Assembly: GCA_036555005.1 (NCBI GenBank)
Contig: DATBME010000007.1
Location: 1-48,660, forward strand
Source of the DNA: Candidatus Limnocylindria bacterium
GTDB lineage: Bacteria; Chloroflexota; Limnocylindria; QHBO01
Reading direction: 5' to 3'
Length of the DNA: 48,660 nucleotides
In this document: positions 9,572 to 16,956 of the stretch, one piece after another
Numbering within the stretch: position 1 is the stretch's first letter
Layout of the letters: each line of letters begins with the position of its first letter
The notes under the pieces: generated by a model
Database searches by the model: none
What the model was told of the DNA's origin: nothing
What the model saw: only the letters and a program-made list of their open reading frames with translations
Made by a program: the position numbers and the translations under genes

Positions 9572-10399
9572 TCAGCCCGCGGCGGCGAACTCCTCGGCGG
9601 GCTCCGGCTCGTCGAGCCGCACCTCGTCGTCCCGCAGCTCGTCGGTGGTCAGCTCGCCGTCCGGATCGATGTCGTCCTCGGTGGGCATCTCGTCGTCGAA
9701 CAGCAGGTCCAGGCTGAGCTGCTCGCCGGCCAGCAGCAGGCGCAGTGGAGCGAACGAGCGGCGGTGCCACTCGCACGGGCCCTCGTTGAGCAGCGCCTCG
9801 ACGTGGCGTCGCGTGCCATAGCCCTTGTTGCGCGCGAAGCCGTAAGCGGGGTAGCGGGTGTCGAGCTCGGTGCAGATGCGATCCCGCGTCACCTTGGCCA
9901 CGATGCTCGCGGCCGCGATCGAGGCGCTGATCGCGTCGCCGTCGATGATCGGGCGCTGCGGCAGGTCCACGTCACGCAGGCTGAGCGCGTCGATGACCAG
10001 GTGATCGGGCTGCTCCGGCATGCGCCCGAGGGCATCGGTCATGGCCAGCTTGGTCGCCTGCAGGATGTTGATGCGGTCGATCACCTCGACCTCGACGCAG
10101 CCGACGCCCACCGACTCGGCGCGGTCCAGGATCCGCTCGTACAGGGCTTCACGCCGAGCGCGGGGCAGCACTTTGCTGTCGCGCAGGCCCTTGATCCGAT
10201 GGTGCTCCGGCAGGATCACGGCGGCCGCGACCACGGGTCCGGCCAGGGAGCCACGCCCCACCTCGTCGATGCCGGCGATGCGGTGGAAGCCGGCCATGCG
10301 CAGCTCCCGCTCATGGCGCATATGGGCGTCCCGCGGACGGCGGGACTTGCGGCGCACGGTCCGGCGCCGAGCGACCGATCCCATCACGAGATCGGTCAC
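9572..10399 (-). CDS. rnhB: Ribonuclease HII with acidic C-terminal extension
   Basis: IAGIDEVGRGSLAGPVVAAAV active-site motif. The start is uncertain: M1 at 10399, or M27 (MRHERELRMAGF...) at 10321. Confidence 0.9.
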   Translation of the reverse strand: MTDLVMGSVARRRTVRRKSRRPRDAHMRHERELRMAGFHRIAGIDEVGRGSLAGPVVAAAVILPEHHRIKGLRDSKVLPRARREALYERILDRAESVGVGCVEVEVIDRINILQATKLAMTDALGRMPEQPDHLVIDALSLRDVDLPQRPIIDGDAISASIAAASIVAKVTRDRICTELDTRYPAYGFARNKGYGTRRHVEALLNEGPCEWHRRSFAPLRLLLAGEQLSLDLLFDDEMPTEDDIDPDGELTTDELRDDEVRLDEPEPAEEFAAAG

Positions 10400-10403
10400 C
10401 GCG

Positions 10404-10745
10404 TCAGCGGCGCTCGCGCAGGGTGGCGGACTTGCCGACGCGGCCGCGCAGGAAGTAGAGCTGGGCGCGGCGGGCGACGCCGTGCCGAACCACCTCGATC
10501 TTCTCTACGCGGGGCGCGTGCACCATGAACGTCCGCTCGACCCCGACGCCGCTCGCAATGCGGCGCACCGTGATCTGCTCGTTCAGGCCGCCGCCACGCT
10601 TGCGCATCACCGTTCCCTCGAACACCTGGACTCGCTCGCGGTTGCCCTCGACGACCTTGACCGAGACGCGCACGGTGTCACCCGGGGCGATCTCCGGAAC
10701 GTCGCTGCGGAGCTGCTCGCGCTCGAGCTCCTTGATGGCATCCAT
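10404..10745 (-). CDS. rplS: 50S ribosomal protein L19
   Basis: 113 aa. Sequence includes ...[31 protein letters not shown]...[13 protein letters not shown]... Confidence 0.95.
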   Translation of the reverse strand: MDAIKELEREQLRSDVPEIAPGDTVRVSVKVVEGNRERVQVFEGTVMRKRGGGLNEQITVRRIASGVGVERTFMVHAPRVEKIEVVRHGVARRAQLYFLRGRVGKSATLRERR

Positions 10746-10856
10746 GGTGAGGCGACCTCATTATCGCGGCCTTGGCCGCGCCTTATCAGCGATTGCTGCG
10801 CCCGGCGGCGGGAGCGGGGCGTGAAGAACGCGACCGATCACTCGGCCGCGACCGGC

Positions 10857-10884
10857 GGAGTATAGCAGTCGGGCCGGCGCGGGC
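10857..10884 (-). promoter_or_regulatory. Candidate promoter for rplS (TTGCCC-16-TGcTATACT)
   Basis: On the reverse strand, the -35 TTGCCC is at 10879-10884 and the spacer is 16 nt. The -10 TATACT is at 10857-10862 and is preceded by TGc. It lies about 110 nt upstream of the rplS ATG. Confidence 0.5.
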
Positions 10885-10909
10885 AACCACGGCGACCGGG
10901 ACCCGCGGA

Positions 10910-11638
10910 TCAGTCGGTGGCGCCCTCGCCTAGATCGGCCAGCCAGCGGCGATCCTCGTCGTCCAGCTCGGCCGTCTCCAGCAGGTCCGGGCGCCGGGCC
11001 AGCGTGCGGCGCAGCGCCTCGCGGCGGCGCCAGCGATCCACCTCGCCGTGGTTGCCCGACAGCAGGACCGGTGGCACCACCTCCCCGCCGAACTCCTCGG
11101 GCCGGGTGTACTGCGGGTGCTCGAGCAGGCCGGTCGCGAACGAGTCCGACGCCGACGACGCATCCTCGATCACGCCCGGCACCAGCCGCGCGACCGCGTC
11201 GATCAGGACCAGCGCCGGCAGCTCACCGCCGGTGAGGACGTAGTCGCCGATGCTCACCTCGCGGTCGGCCAGGGCCCGCGCCCGCTCGTCGATCCCCTCG
11301 TAGCGACCGCAGACCAGCGCCAGGTGGTCATGGGTGGCCAGCTCCCTGGCCATCGCATCGGTCAGTCGTTCGCCGGCCGGATCCAGCAGGATCACCAGGG
11401 CGCCGGCGTCGCGCAGGGGCTGAACCGCGGCGGTCAGCGGCTCGGGTCGCAGGACCATCCCCGCTCCCCCGCCGTAGGGGTAGTCGTCGACCGACCGGTG
11501 GCGGCCCAGGCCGTGCACCCGAAGGTCGTGGGTGACCACCTCGACCAGGCCGCGCTCCACCGCCCGCCCGATCACCGAAGTCCGCACCGGGAGGTCGAAG
11601 AGCTCCGGGAAGAGGGTCACCACCTCGATGCGCAGCAC
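10910..11638 (-). CDS. trmD: tRNA (guanine37-N1)-methyltransferase
   Basis: VCGRYEGIDERA and SIGDYVLTGGELPA motifs are present. Sits in rimM-trmD-rplS context. Confidence 0.95.
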   Translation of the reverse strand: MLRIEVVTLFPELFDLPVRTSVIGRAVERGLVEVVTHDLRVHGLGRHRSVDDYPYGGGAGMVLRPEPLTAAVQPLRDAGALVILLDPAGERLTDAMARELATHDHLALVCGRYEGIDERARALADREVSIGDYVLTGGELPALVLIDAVARLVPGVIEDASSASDSFATGLLEHPQYTRPEEFGGEVVPPVLLSGNHGEVDRWRRREALRRTLARRPDLLETAELDDEDRRWLADLGEGATD

Positions 11639-11641
11639 CGC

Positions 11642-12172
11642 TCAGGCAACCTCCTCGGGCTCGTAATGGACGGTCATGGTGCCGTTCGCCAGGTCGATCT
11701 CGCGGACCACGTCGCGCAAGGCCGGCAGCAGCACGTCCGGCCGCCCATCGGCTTCGACGCGATACACCTCGTTCTCGCCCGCCCGGAAAATCTCCACCAG
11801 CGTGCCGAGCTCCCGGCCCGCATCGTCACGCACGCGCAGTCCGACAAGCTCATGCCAGTAGAAATGACCTTCCGGCAGCGGCTCGGCCTCGACCTCCAGG
11901 TAGCGCCCGACCAGCGCCGCGACAGCCTCGCGCCCGCTGATCCCCTCCAGGCGGACGACCGGCACCCGGCCACCACGCTCGATCTGGTCGATCCGTCGCG
12001 GCGACGTCTCACCCTCGACGTACAGCTCGGCGCCGACGATCAGCCGATCGTCCCGATCGGTGAGCACTTCCAGCCGCATGGCGCCCGACAGCCCCTTGGG
12101 ACCGAGAATGCGGGCGGCCGCCAGCCGGTCACTCGTCGGTGACGATCTCCAGCTCGACATGCCGGCCGTCAC
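11642..12172 (-). CDS. rimM: 16S rRNA processing protein RimM
   Basis: RILGPKGLSGAMRLEV plus a PRC-barrel segment HFYWHELVGLRV. The start is either ATG at 12172 or ATG at 12160. Both overlap the 3' end of the KH gene. Confidence 0.88.
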   Translation of the reverse strand: MTAGMSSWRSSPTSDRLAAARILGPKGLSGAMRLEVLTDRDDRLIVGAELYVEGETSPRRIDQIERGGRVPVVRLEGISGREAVAALVGRYLEVEAEPLPEGHFYWHELVGLRVRDDAGRELGTLVEIFRAGENEVYRVEADGRPDVLLPALRDVVREIDLANGTMTVHYEPEEVA

Positions 12173-12365
12173 GCGCCCCCATGACGCGCAGCAGGCTGCG
12201 GATGGCGTTGGCGATCCGGCCGTCGCGACCGATGACCCGGCCCATGTCCGCCTGGTCGACGTTCAGGACCAGCGAGACCTCGTCCTCGTCCTCCTCGACC
12301 TCGACCTCCACCCCATCGGGGTTGTCGACCAGGGAACGCGCGACGTACTCCAGGAACTCCTTCAT
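12129..12365 (-). CDS. KH-domain RNA-binding protein (YlqC/UPF0109 type)
   Basis: 78 aa with the motif VIGRDGRIANAIRSLL. Occupies the conserved position between rpsP and rimM. Confidence 0.9.
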   Translation of the reverse strand: MKEFLEYVARSLVDNPDGVEVEVEEDEDEVSLVLNVDQADMGRVIGRDGRIANAIRSLLRVMGARDGRHVELEIVTDE

Positions 12366-12985
12366 TCCTTGGTTGCCTCTGCCGCTTCGGTTGCATCCGT
12401 CTCCACGGCCGCCGCTTCCGCCTCGGGCTCAGGGGCCTCGACAGCCTCCGTTTCCTCCGGAGCGGCCTCCTCGGTCTGGGCCTCTTGGGCCGCGCCCTTC
12501 TTGGCGGACCCCTTCTTGGCGGCGGCACCCTTGGCGGGCTCCGCGGCCTCCGTGGTCTCTGTCGCCTCCGCGGCCTCGGCGGCCTCTGTAACCTCAGCCG
12601 CCTCAGCTGGCGCAGCGGCCTCGGCGGCCTTGGCCTCGCTCGGCGCCGCGGCCTCGGCGGCCTTGGCCTCGGCCTTCGTGGTCCTGGCCTTGCGCGGCGG
12701 CTTGGCCGGCCTGGTCGGGGCGGGAACGGGCGCCGGAGGCGCGCTGGCCATGCCGGCCTGGCGCATCAGCCGGCCGACGGTGTCGGATGGCTTGGCGCCC
12801 TTGGCGATCCAGGCGTCCAGCCGCTCGGCGTCGAGCCGGACGGTGGCGGGCTCGGTCAGCGGGTCGTAGAAGCCCAGGATCTCGAGCGAGCGGCCGTCTC
12901 GCGGGCGACGGCTGTCGATAGCCACCACGCGGTAGCTGGGCCGCTTGGTGGCCCCGACGCGGGTGAGCCTGATACGTACTGCCAA
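12362..12985 (-). CDS. rpsP: 30S ribosomal protein S16 with a ~125-aa Ala/Glu/Thr/Pro-rich C-terminal tail
   Basis: The core is MAVRIRLTRVGATKRPSYRVVAIDSRRPRDGRSLEILGFYDP. TTG start, preceded by AAGGAAGGAA. The tail is low-complexity (..EAKAAEAAAPSEAKAAEAAAP..). Confidence 0.92.
   Translation of the reverse strand: MAVRIRLTRVGATKRPSYRVVAIDSRRPRDGRSLEILGFYDPLTEPATVRLDAERLDAWIAKGAKPSDTVGRLMRQAGMASAPPAPVPAPTRPAKPPRKARTTKAEAKAAEAAAPSEAKAAEAAAPAEAAEVTEAAEAAEATETTEAAEPAKGAAAKKGSAKKGAAQEAQTEEAAPEETEAVEAPEPEAEAAAVETDATEAAEATKE
12615..12680. repeat. Tandem 33-nt direct repeat inside the rpsP tail
   Basis: gcggcctcggcggccttggcctcg occurs at 12615 and again at 12648, a period of 33 nt. It encodes the repeated 11-mer EAKAAEAAAP(S/A). 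Confidence 0.85.
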
Positions 12986-13031
12986 ATGATTCCTTCCTTA
13001 CCTGGTGGACCGATGCTAGCCGACCCTGCGC

Positions 13032-14594
13032 TCAACGCACGGTCAGCACGATGTGCACCTCAGTGTTGCCGTCGCGAGCCGGAGCGGTCAGCCCCAGGGC
13101 GCCGACGGTGAGCAGGATATCGCGAGCGTCGCCGGTCGTGCCGAGAGCGTCGCCCGACGCGTCCACGATGGCACCGATGTCGACGAAGGCCTCATTGCCG
13201 CCGCGATCGCCGGCAAGCGCCCAGGCGGCGCGATAGCGGTCGCTCGCCGCCAGGCTCTGGCCGCCGGCGTGCGCCGCCAGGGCGGCGGCCACGTCCGCGG
13301 GTGTGAGCCCGGCCACGATGACGCCGTCCGCCGCCGCCCACGATGCGGCCCCCACCTGCGGCAGCTCGACGCTCGTGATCGTCTGGCCGCTGGCCTCGGT
13401 CTCGCTGACCCCTCCGCCGAACGCGCCGATCCCGTCGCGAACGCGGTCAAGGCTGGTGGCGGCCGCGGCGGCCGCGGGTGGGCGCAGCACCAGCTGGCCG
13501 TGCGGGGCATCGGTCATGACGTCGGACAGCCCGACGGCGGCCTCCGAGCTGAACAGGGCCAGCAGGTCGTTGTCCAGGTCGATGCCCAGGCCGAAGGCGG
13601 CCAGCGCGCGCAGCTGGTTGAGGGTGTCGATGATCCCCTCCGTCGCTGGCTCGTCGCCAAGCTGATCCTCAGCCGCACCGGCGGTGCGTTGCAGGTCGAA
13701 GATGGCGGCGCTGACCTGCGTGTCGGCCGGGAGCCACTCCGCCAGGGTGGAGGGCCGGCTGCCGGCGGCGAAGCCGGCGCGCTCCTCGGGCGTGGCCGCG
13801 TCGCTGTCGAAGGGAGCGATGGCGTCCAGCCGCAGCCCTTCCGGCTCGGCCAGGAGGGCCGCGCTCACGGTCGAGTAGCCGCCGACCTGCTCCCCCAGCC
13901 CCGCCTGCTCGGCGGCGGCGGCCATGTTCAGATAGGCAGAGGCCAGGTAGTCGGCCGGCAGCCGTCGCATGGCCGCCGTGTAGCCGCCGTCCTCGGCCAG
14001 GGACGGACGCGCATCGGCCTCCGCGTCCAGGGCCGCCTCCAACGTCGCCCGATCGATGGTCACGATCACGAGGTCGTCGAGCACGGCCCAGGCGAGCCCA
14101 TCGGCCACCGTGATCGGCATGTCGCGATAGACGTCGTCCACGGCGGTCAGTCCGCGCCCCGCGGCGATGCCATCCATCCCGGCAGCCGCCGCGGCCTGGT
14201 CCTTCACGCCGATCAGCAACATGCCGCTTGGCAGGCCGGAGTCCGTCGAGCCCGGCCGGATCGCCACCGACAGCCGGTTGCCGATCCAGGGCCGGACATC
14301 GGCCTCATAGTCGATGCCGGCCTGGCCCAGGAAGCGGGCTGCGATCTCGTGGATCTTCTGGTCAAGGTTCGCCGCGTCCGAAAAGCCCGGGACGTTTCCC
14401 AGCAGCAGCGCCAAGTTCAGCTTCTGCCCGGTCGACGGCTGCAGGTAGACCGTCGCGTAGGCGAGCGCATCGGCCGGCACGGCTCGAGCGGCGCGATCGG
14501 TGCCGGCGGCAAACAGGGTCAGGTAGCCAGCGACCACGGTTGCCCCAACCAGGCCGATGAAGACGGTCAGGGCGATGACGAGCCTGTGCAGCAC
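13032..14594 (-). CDS. Membrane-anchored hypothetical protein, DUF3352-like
   Basis: 520 aa with a single N-terminal TM helix (LVIALTVFIGLVGATVVAGYLTLF) followed by a long Ala/Gly/Asp-rich soluble region. The GTG start lies 5 nt after the ffh stop. The family call is from recollection of the DUF3352 N-terminal pattern and was not searched. Confidence 0.6.
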   Translation of the reverse strand: MLHRLVIALTVFIGLVGATVVAGYLTLFAAGTDRAARAVPADALAYATVYLQPSTGQKLNLALLLGNVPGFSDAANLDQKIHEIAARFLGQAGIDYEADVRPWIGNRLSVAIRPGSTDSGLPSGMLLIGVKDQAAAAAGMDGIAAGRGLTAVDDVYRDMPITVADGLAWAVLDDLVIVTIDRATLEAALDAEADARPSLAEDGGYTAAMRRLPADYLASAYLNMAAAAEQAGLGEQVGGYSTVSAALLAEPEGLRLDAIAPFDSDAATPEERAGFAAGSRPSTLAEWLPADTQVSAAIFDLQRTAGAAEDQLGDEPATEGIIDTLNQLRALAAFGLGIDLDNDLLALFSSEAAVGLSDVMTDAPHGQLVLRPPAAAAAATSLDRVRDGIGAFGGGVSETEASGQTITSVELPQVGAASWAAADGVIVAGLTPADVAAALAAHAGGQSLAASDRYRAAWALAGDRGGNEAFVDIGAIVDASGDALGTTGDARDILLTVGALGLTAPARDGNTEVHIVLTVR

Positions 14595-14599
14595 CCCCG

Positions 14600-15934
14600 C
14601 TAGCGCCCGAGCATCCCGCGCAGGCCGCCGATGTTCGGCATCCTGCCGCTGCCCAGCTGCTTCATCAGCTTCTGCATCTCGGCGAACTGCTTGAGGAGCC
14701 GGTTGACGTCGGCCGTGCTGGTGCCGGAGCCGACCGCGATGCGTCGGCGGCGGCTGGCCTTGATCAGCTCCGGCCGGCGGCGCTCGTCCGGGGTCATCGA
14801 GTCGATGATGGCCTCGATCCGCTTGAACTGGCCCTCGTCGACCGCCTGCTGAGCGGCTCCCGCCATCTGGCCGGCGCCGGGGATCATCTGCAGCACCTGG
14901 CCGATGGGGCCCATCTTCTTGACCTGGCTGAGCTGGCTGCGGAAGTCCTCCAGCGTGAAGCGCTGCTCGAGCATCCGTTGCGCCGCGCGCTCCGCCTCGC
15001 CCTGGTCGACGGTCTCCTGCACGCGCTCGACCAGCGACAGGATGTCGCCCATGCCCAGGATGCGCTGCGCCAGCCGGTCGGGATGGAACGGCTCCAGGCC
15101 GTCGGTGCGCTCGCCGGTGCCGATGAAGCTGATCGGCAGGCCGGTCACGCTGCGGATGCTGAGCGCCGCGCCGCCCCGGGCGTCGCCGTCCATCTTGGTC
15201 AGCACCAGCCCGCTGATCGGCAGGCGGTGGTGGAAGGCCTCGGCCACGGTGACCGACTCCTGGCCGGTCATGGCGTCGACCACCAGCAGCGTCTCGGCCG
15301 GCGTGACCGCCCCGGCGATGCGCACCAGCTCGTCCATCATCGGCTCGTCCACGTGCAGCCGGCCGGCCGTGTCGAGCAGCACGAGGTCGTGCTTGCGCTG
15401 GCGCGCCGCCTCAACGCCGGAGCGTGCCACCTCCAGCGCGGGCGTGCCGACCGAGCGGGTATGGACCTCGATGCCGATGTGGTCGCCGAGCTGCACCAGC
15501 TGGTCGACGGCGGCCGGCCGATAGACGTCGGCCGCCACCAGCAGCGGCCGGTGACCCTCCCTGCGCAGCCGCACCGCCAGCTTGGCGGCCGTGGTGGTCT
15601 TGCCGGAGCCCTGCAGGCCCACCAGCATGACGACCGATGGCATGGCATCCAGCTTCAGCTGGTGCCGCTCACCGCCGAGCACCTCGACCAGCTCGTCGTG
15701 CACGACCTTGACGATCTGCTGCCCGGGCTGGACTCCGTTGAGGACGTCGGCGCCGATCGCCTTCTCGCGCACGCCGGCCACGAAGGTCTTGACGACCTTG
15801 TAGTTGACATCGGCCTCCAGCAGGGCCAGGCGGATCTCGCGCAGGGCGACATCGAGGTCGGCCTCGGTGATCTTGGCCTTGCCACGCAGGCCGTTGGTGA
15901 TGGCCTGCAGGCGCGCAGACAGGGACTCGAACAT
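14600..15934 (-). CDS. ffh: Signal recognition particle protein Ffh
   Basis: GLQGSGKTTTAAKLA, DTAGRL and TKMDGDARGG motifs are present, plus a Met-rich M domain. Confidence 0.96.
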   Translation of the reverse strand: MFESLSARLQAITNGLRGKAKITEADLDVALREIRLALLEADVNYKVVKTFVAGVREKAIGADVLNGVQPGQQIVKVVHDELVEVLGGERHQLKLDAMPSVVMLVGLQGSGKTTTAAKLAVRLRREGHRPLLVAADVYRPAAVDQLVQLGDHIGIEVHTRSVGTPALEVARSGVEAARQRKHDLVLLDTAGRLHVDEPMMDELVRIAGAVTPAETLLVVDAMTGQESVTVAEAFHHRLPISGLVLTKMDGDARGGAALSIRSVTGLPISFIGTGERTDGLEPFHPDRLAQRILGMGDILSLVERVQETVDQGEAERAAQRMLEQRFTLEDFRSQLSQVKKMGPIGQVLQMIPGAGQMAGAAQQAVDEGQFKRIEAIIDSMTPDERRRPELIKASRRRRIAVGSGTSTADVNRLLKQFAEMQKLMKQLGSGRMPNIGGLRGMLGR

Positions 15935-16004
15935 TCAGCGGTGTCGGTGCGGGGTGGGTTGACGGGGCGCGCCAGGGACCGCGCGGTCCCCGAGGCGGCT
16001 GCCC

Positions 16005-16033
16005 ATTCTAGGCGTGAGGTTGCGCAGCGGCAA
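16005..16033 (-). promoter_or_regulatory. Candidate sigma70-type promoter for ffh operon (TTGCCG-17-TAGAAT)
   Basis: On the reverse strand, -35 TTGCCG is at 16028-16033, the spacer is 17 nt, and -10 TAGAAT is at 16005-16010. It lies in the 116-nt ftsY-ffh gap. Confidence 0.5.
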
Positions 16034-16050
16034 CGCGCCGCCGATCCGTC

Positions 16051-16956
16051 TCAGTCGCTGAGCAGCCACTCCACATAGGCGTCGGGGTCGAACGGGGCCA
16101 GCTGCGCCACCTCCTCGCCGACGCCGATGAACTGGATCGGGACCCCCAGCCGCTCGGCCGCGGTGACCGCCACGCCACCCTTGGCGGTGCCGTCCAGCTT
16201 GGTGAGCACGATGCCGGTGACCCCCACCTCCCGGCTGAACGCCTCCGCCTGCGCGATGCCGTTCTGCCCCGTGCCCGCATCCAGCACCAGCAGCACGTGG
16301 CGGGGCTGCTCCGGCAGACGGCGCGCGATCACGTTGCGGATCTTGCCCAGCTCGGCCATGAGCTGGACCTTGTTCTGCAGCCGGCCGGCCGTGTCCACGA
16401 TCACCACTTCGGTCCCGCGCGACTCGGCGGCCGCTGCCGCATCGAAGGCGACCGCGCCGGGATCGGCGCCGGCCCGCTGGGCCACCACCGGCAGCCCCAG
16501 CTGGTCGCCCCACAGGCGCAGCTGCTCGATGGCTGCCGCGCGGAACGTGTCGGCCGCCGCCAGGATGACGCTGTGCCCGTCGCGGGCCAGCCGCCAGGCG
16601 AGCTTGGCGATGGTCGTGGTCTTGCCGGTGCCATTCACGCCGACCACCAGGATCACCGACGGGGCCGGGCCCAGCTCGAATGGTTGCACGGCGCCCTGCA
16701 GCCGCTCGCGCAGCACGTCGGCCAGGAGGGCGCGCGGGTCCCCACCACGCGCACCGGCGCGCGCCCGAGCCTCGTCGACCAGGGCCATGGCGGCCTCCGG
16801 GCCGATGTCGGCGGCGATCAGCGCATCCTCGACGTCGTCCCACGCCTCGGCGCTGGCCGATCCCCCACCGAGCAGCGAGCGCAGGCGCGCACCCAGGCCG
16901 CCCGACCGCGGGCGCAGGCCCATGCCGGTCGGCTCCCGCGCGGGGCGGGGCATCAT
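16051..16956 (-). CDS. ftsY: Signal recognition particle receptor FtsY
   Basis: VVGVNGTGKTTTIAKLA, DTAGRL and TKLDGTAKGG motifs are present. The start ATG overlaps the smc stop (ATGA). Confidence 0.95.
   Translation of the reverse strand: MMPRPAREPTGMGLRPRSGGLGARLRSLLGGGSASAEAWDDVEDALIAADIGPEAAMALVDEARARAGARGGDPRALLADVLRERLQGAVQPFELGPAPSVILVVGVNGTGKTTTIAKLAWRLARDGHSVILAAADTFRAAAIEQLRLWGDQLGLPVVAQRAGADPGAVAFDAAAAAESRGTEVVIVDTAGRLQNKVQLMAELGKIRNVIARRLPEQPRHVLLVLDAGTGQNGIAQAEAFSREVGVTGIVLTKLDGTAKGGVAVTAAERLGVPIQFIGVGEEVAQLAPFDPDAYVEWLLSD

Noticed and set aside
13053-14603. 516-aa plus-strand ORF, mirror of the DUF3352-like gene
   Set aside because: Its composition is Arg/Gly-rich with no TM helix or start context. 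The minus-strand frame has an N-terminal TM helix, lower Arg content and fits the ffh-rpsP operon direction. Some residual uncertainty remains.
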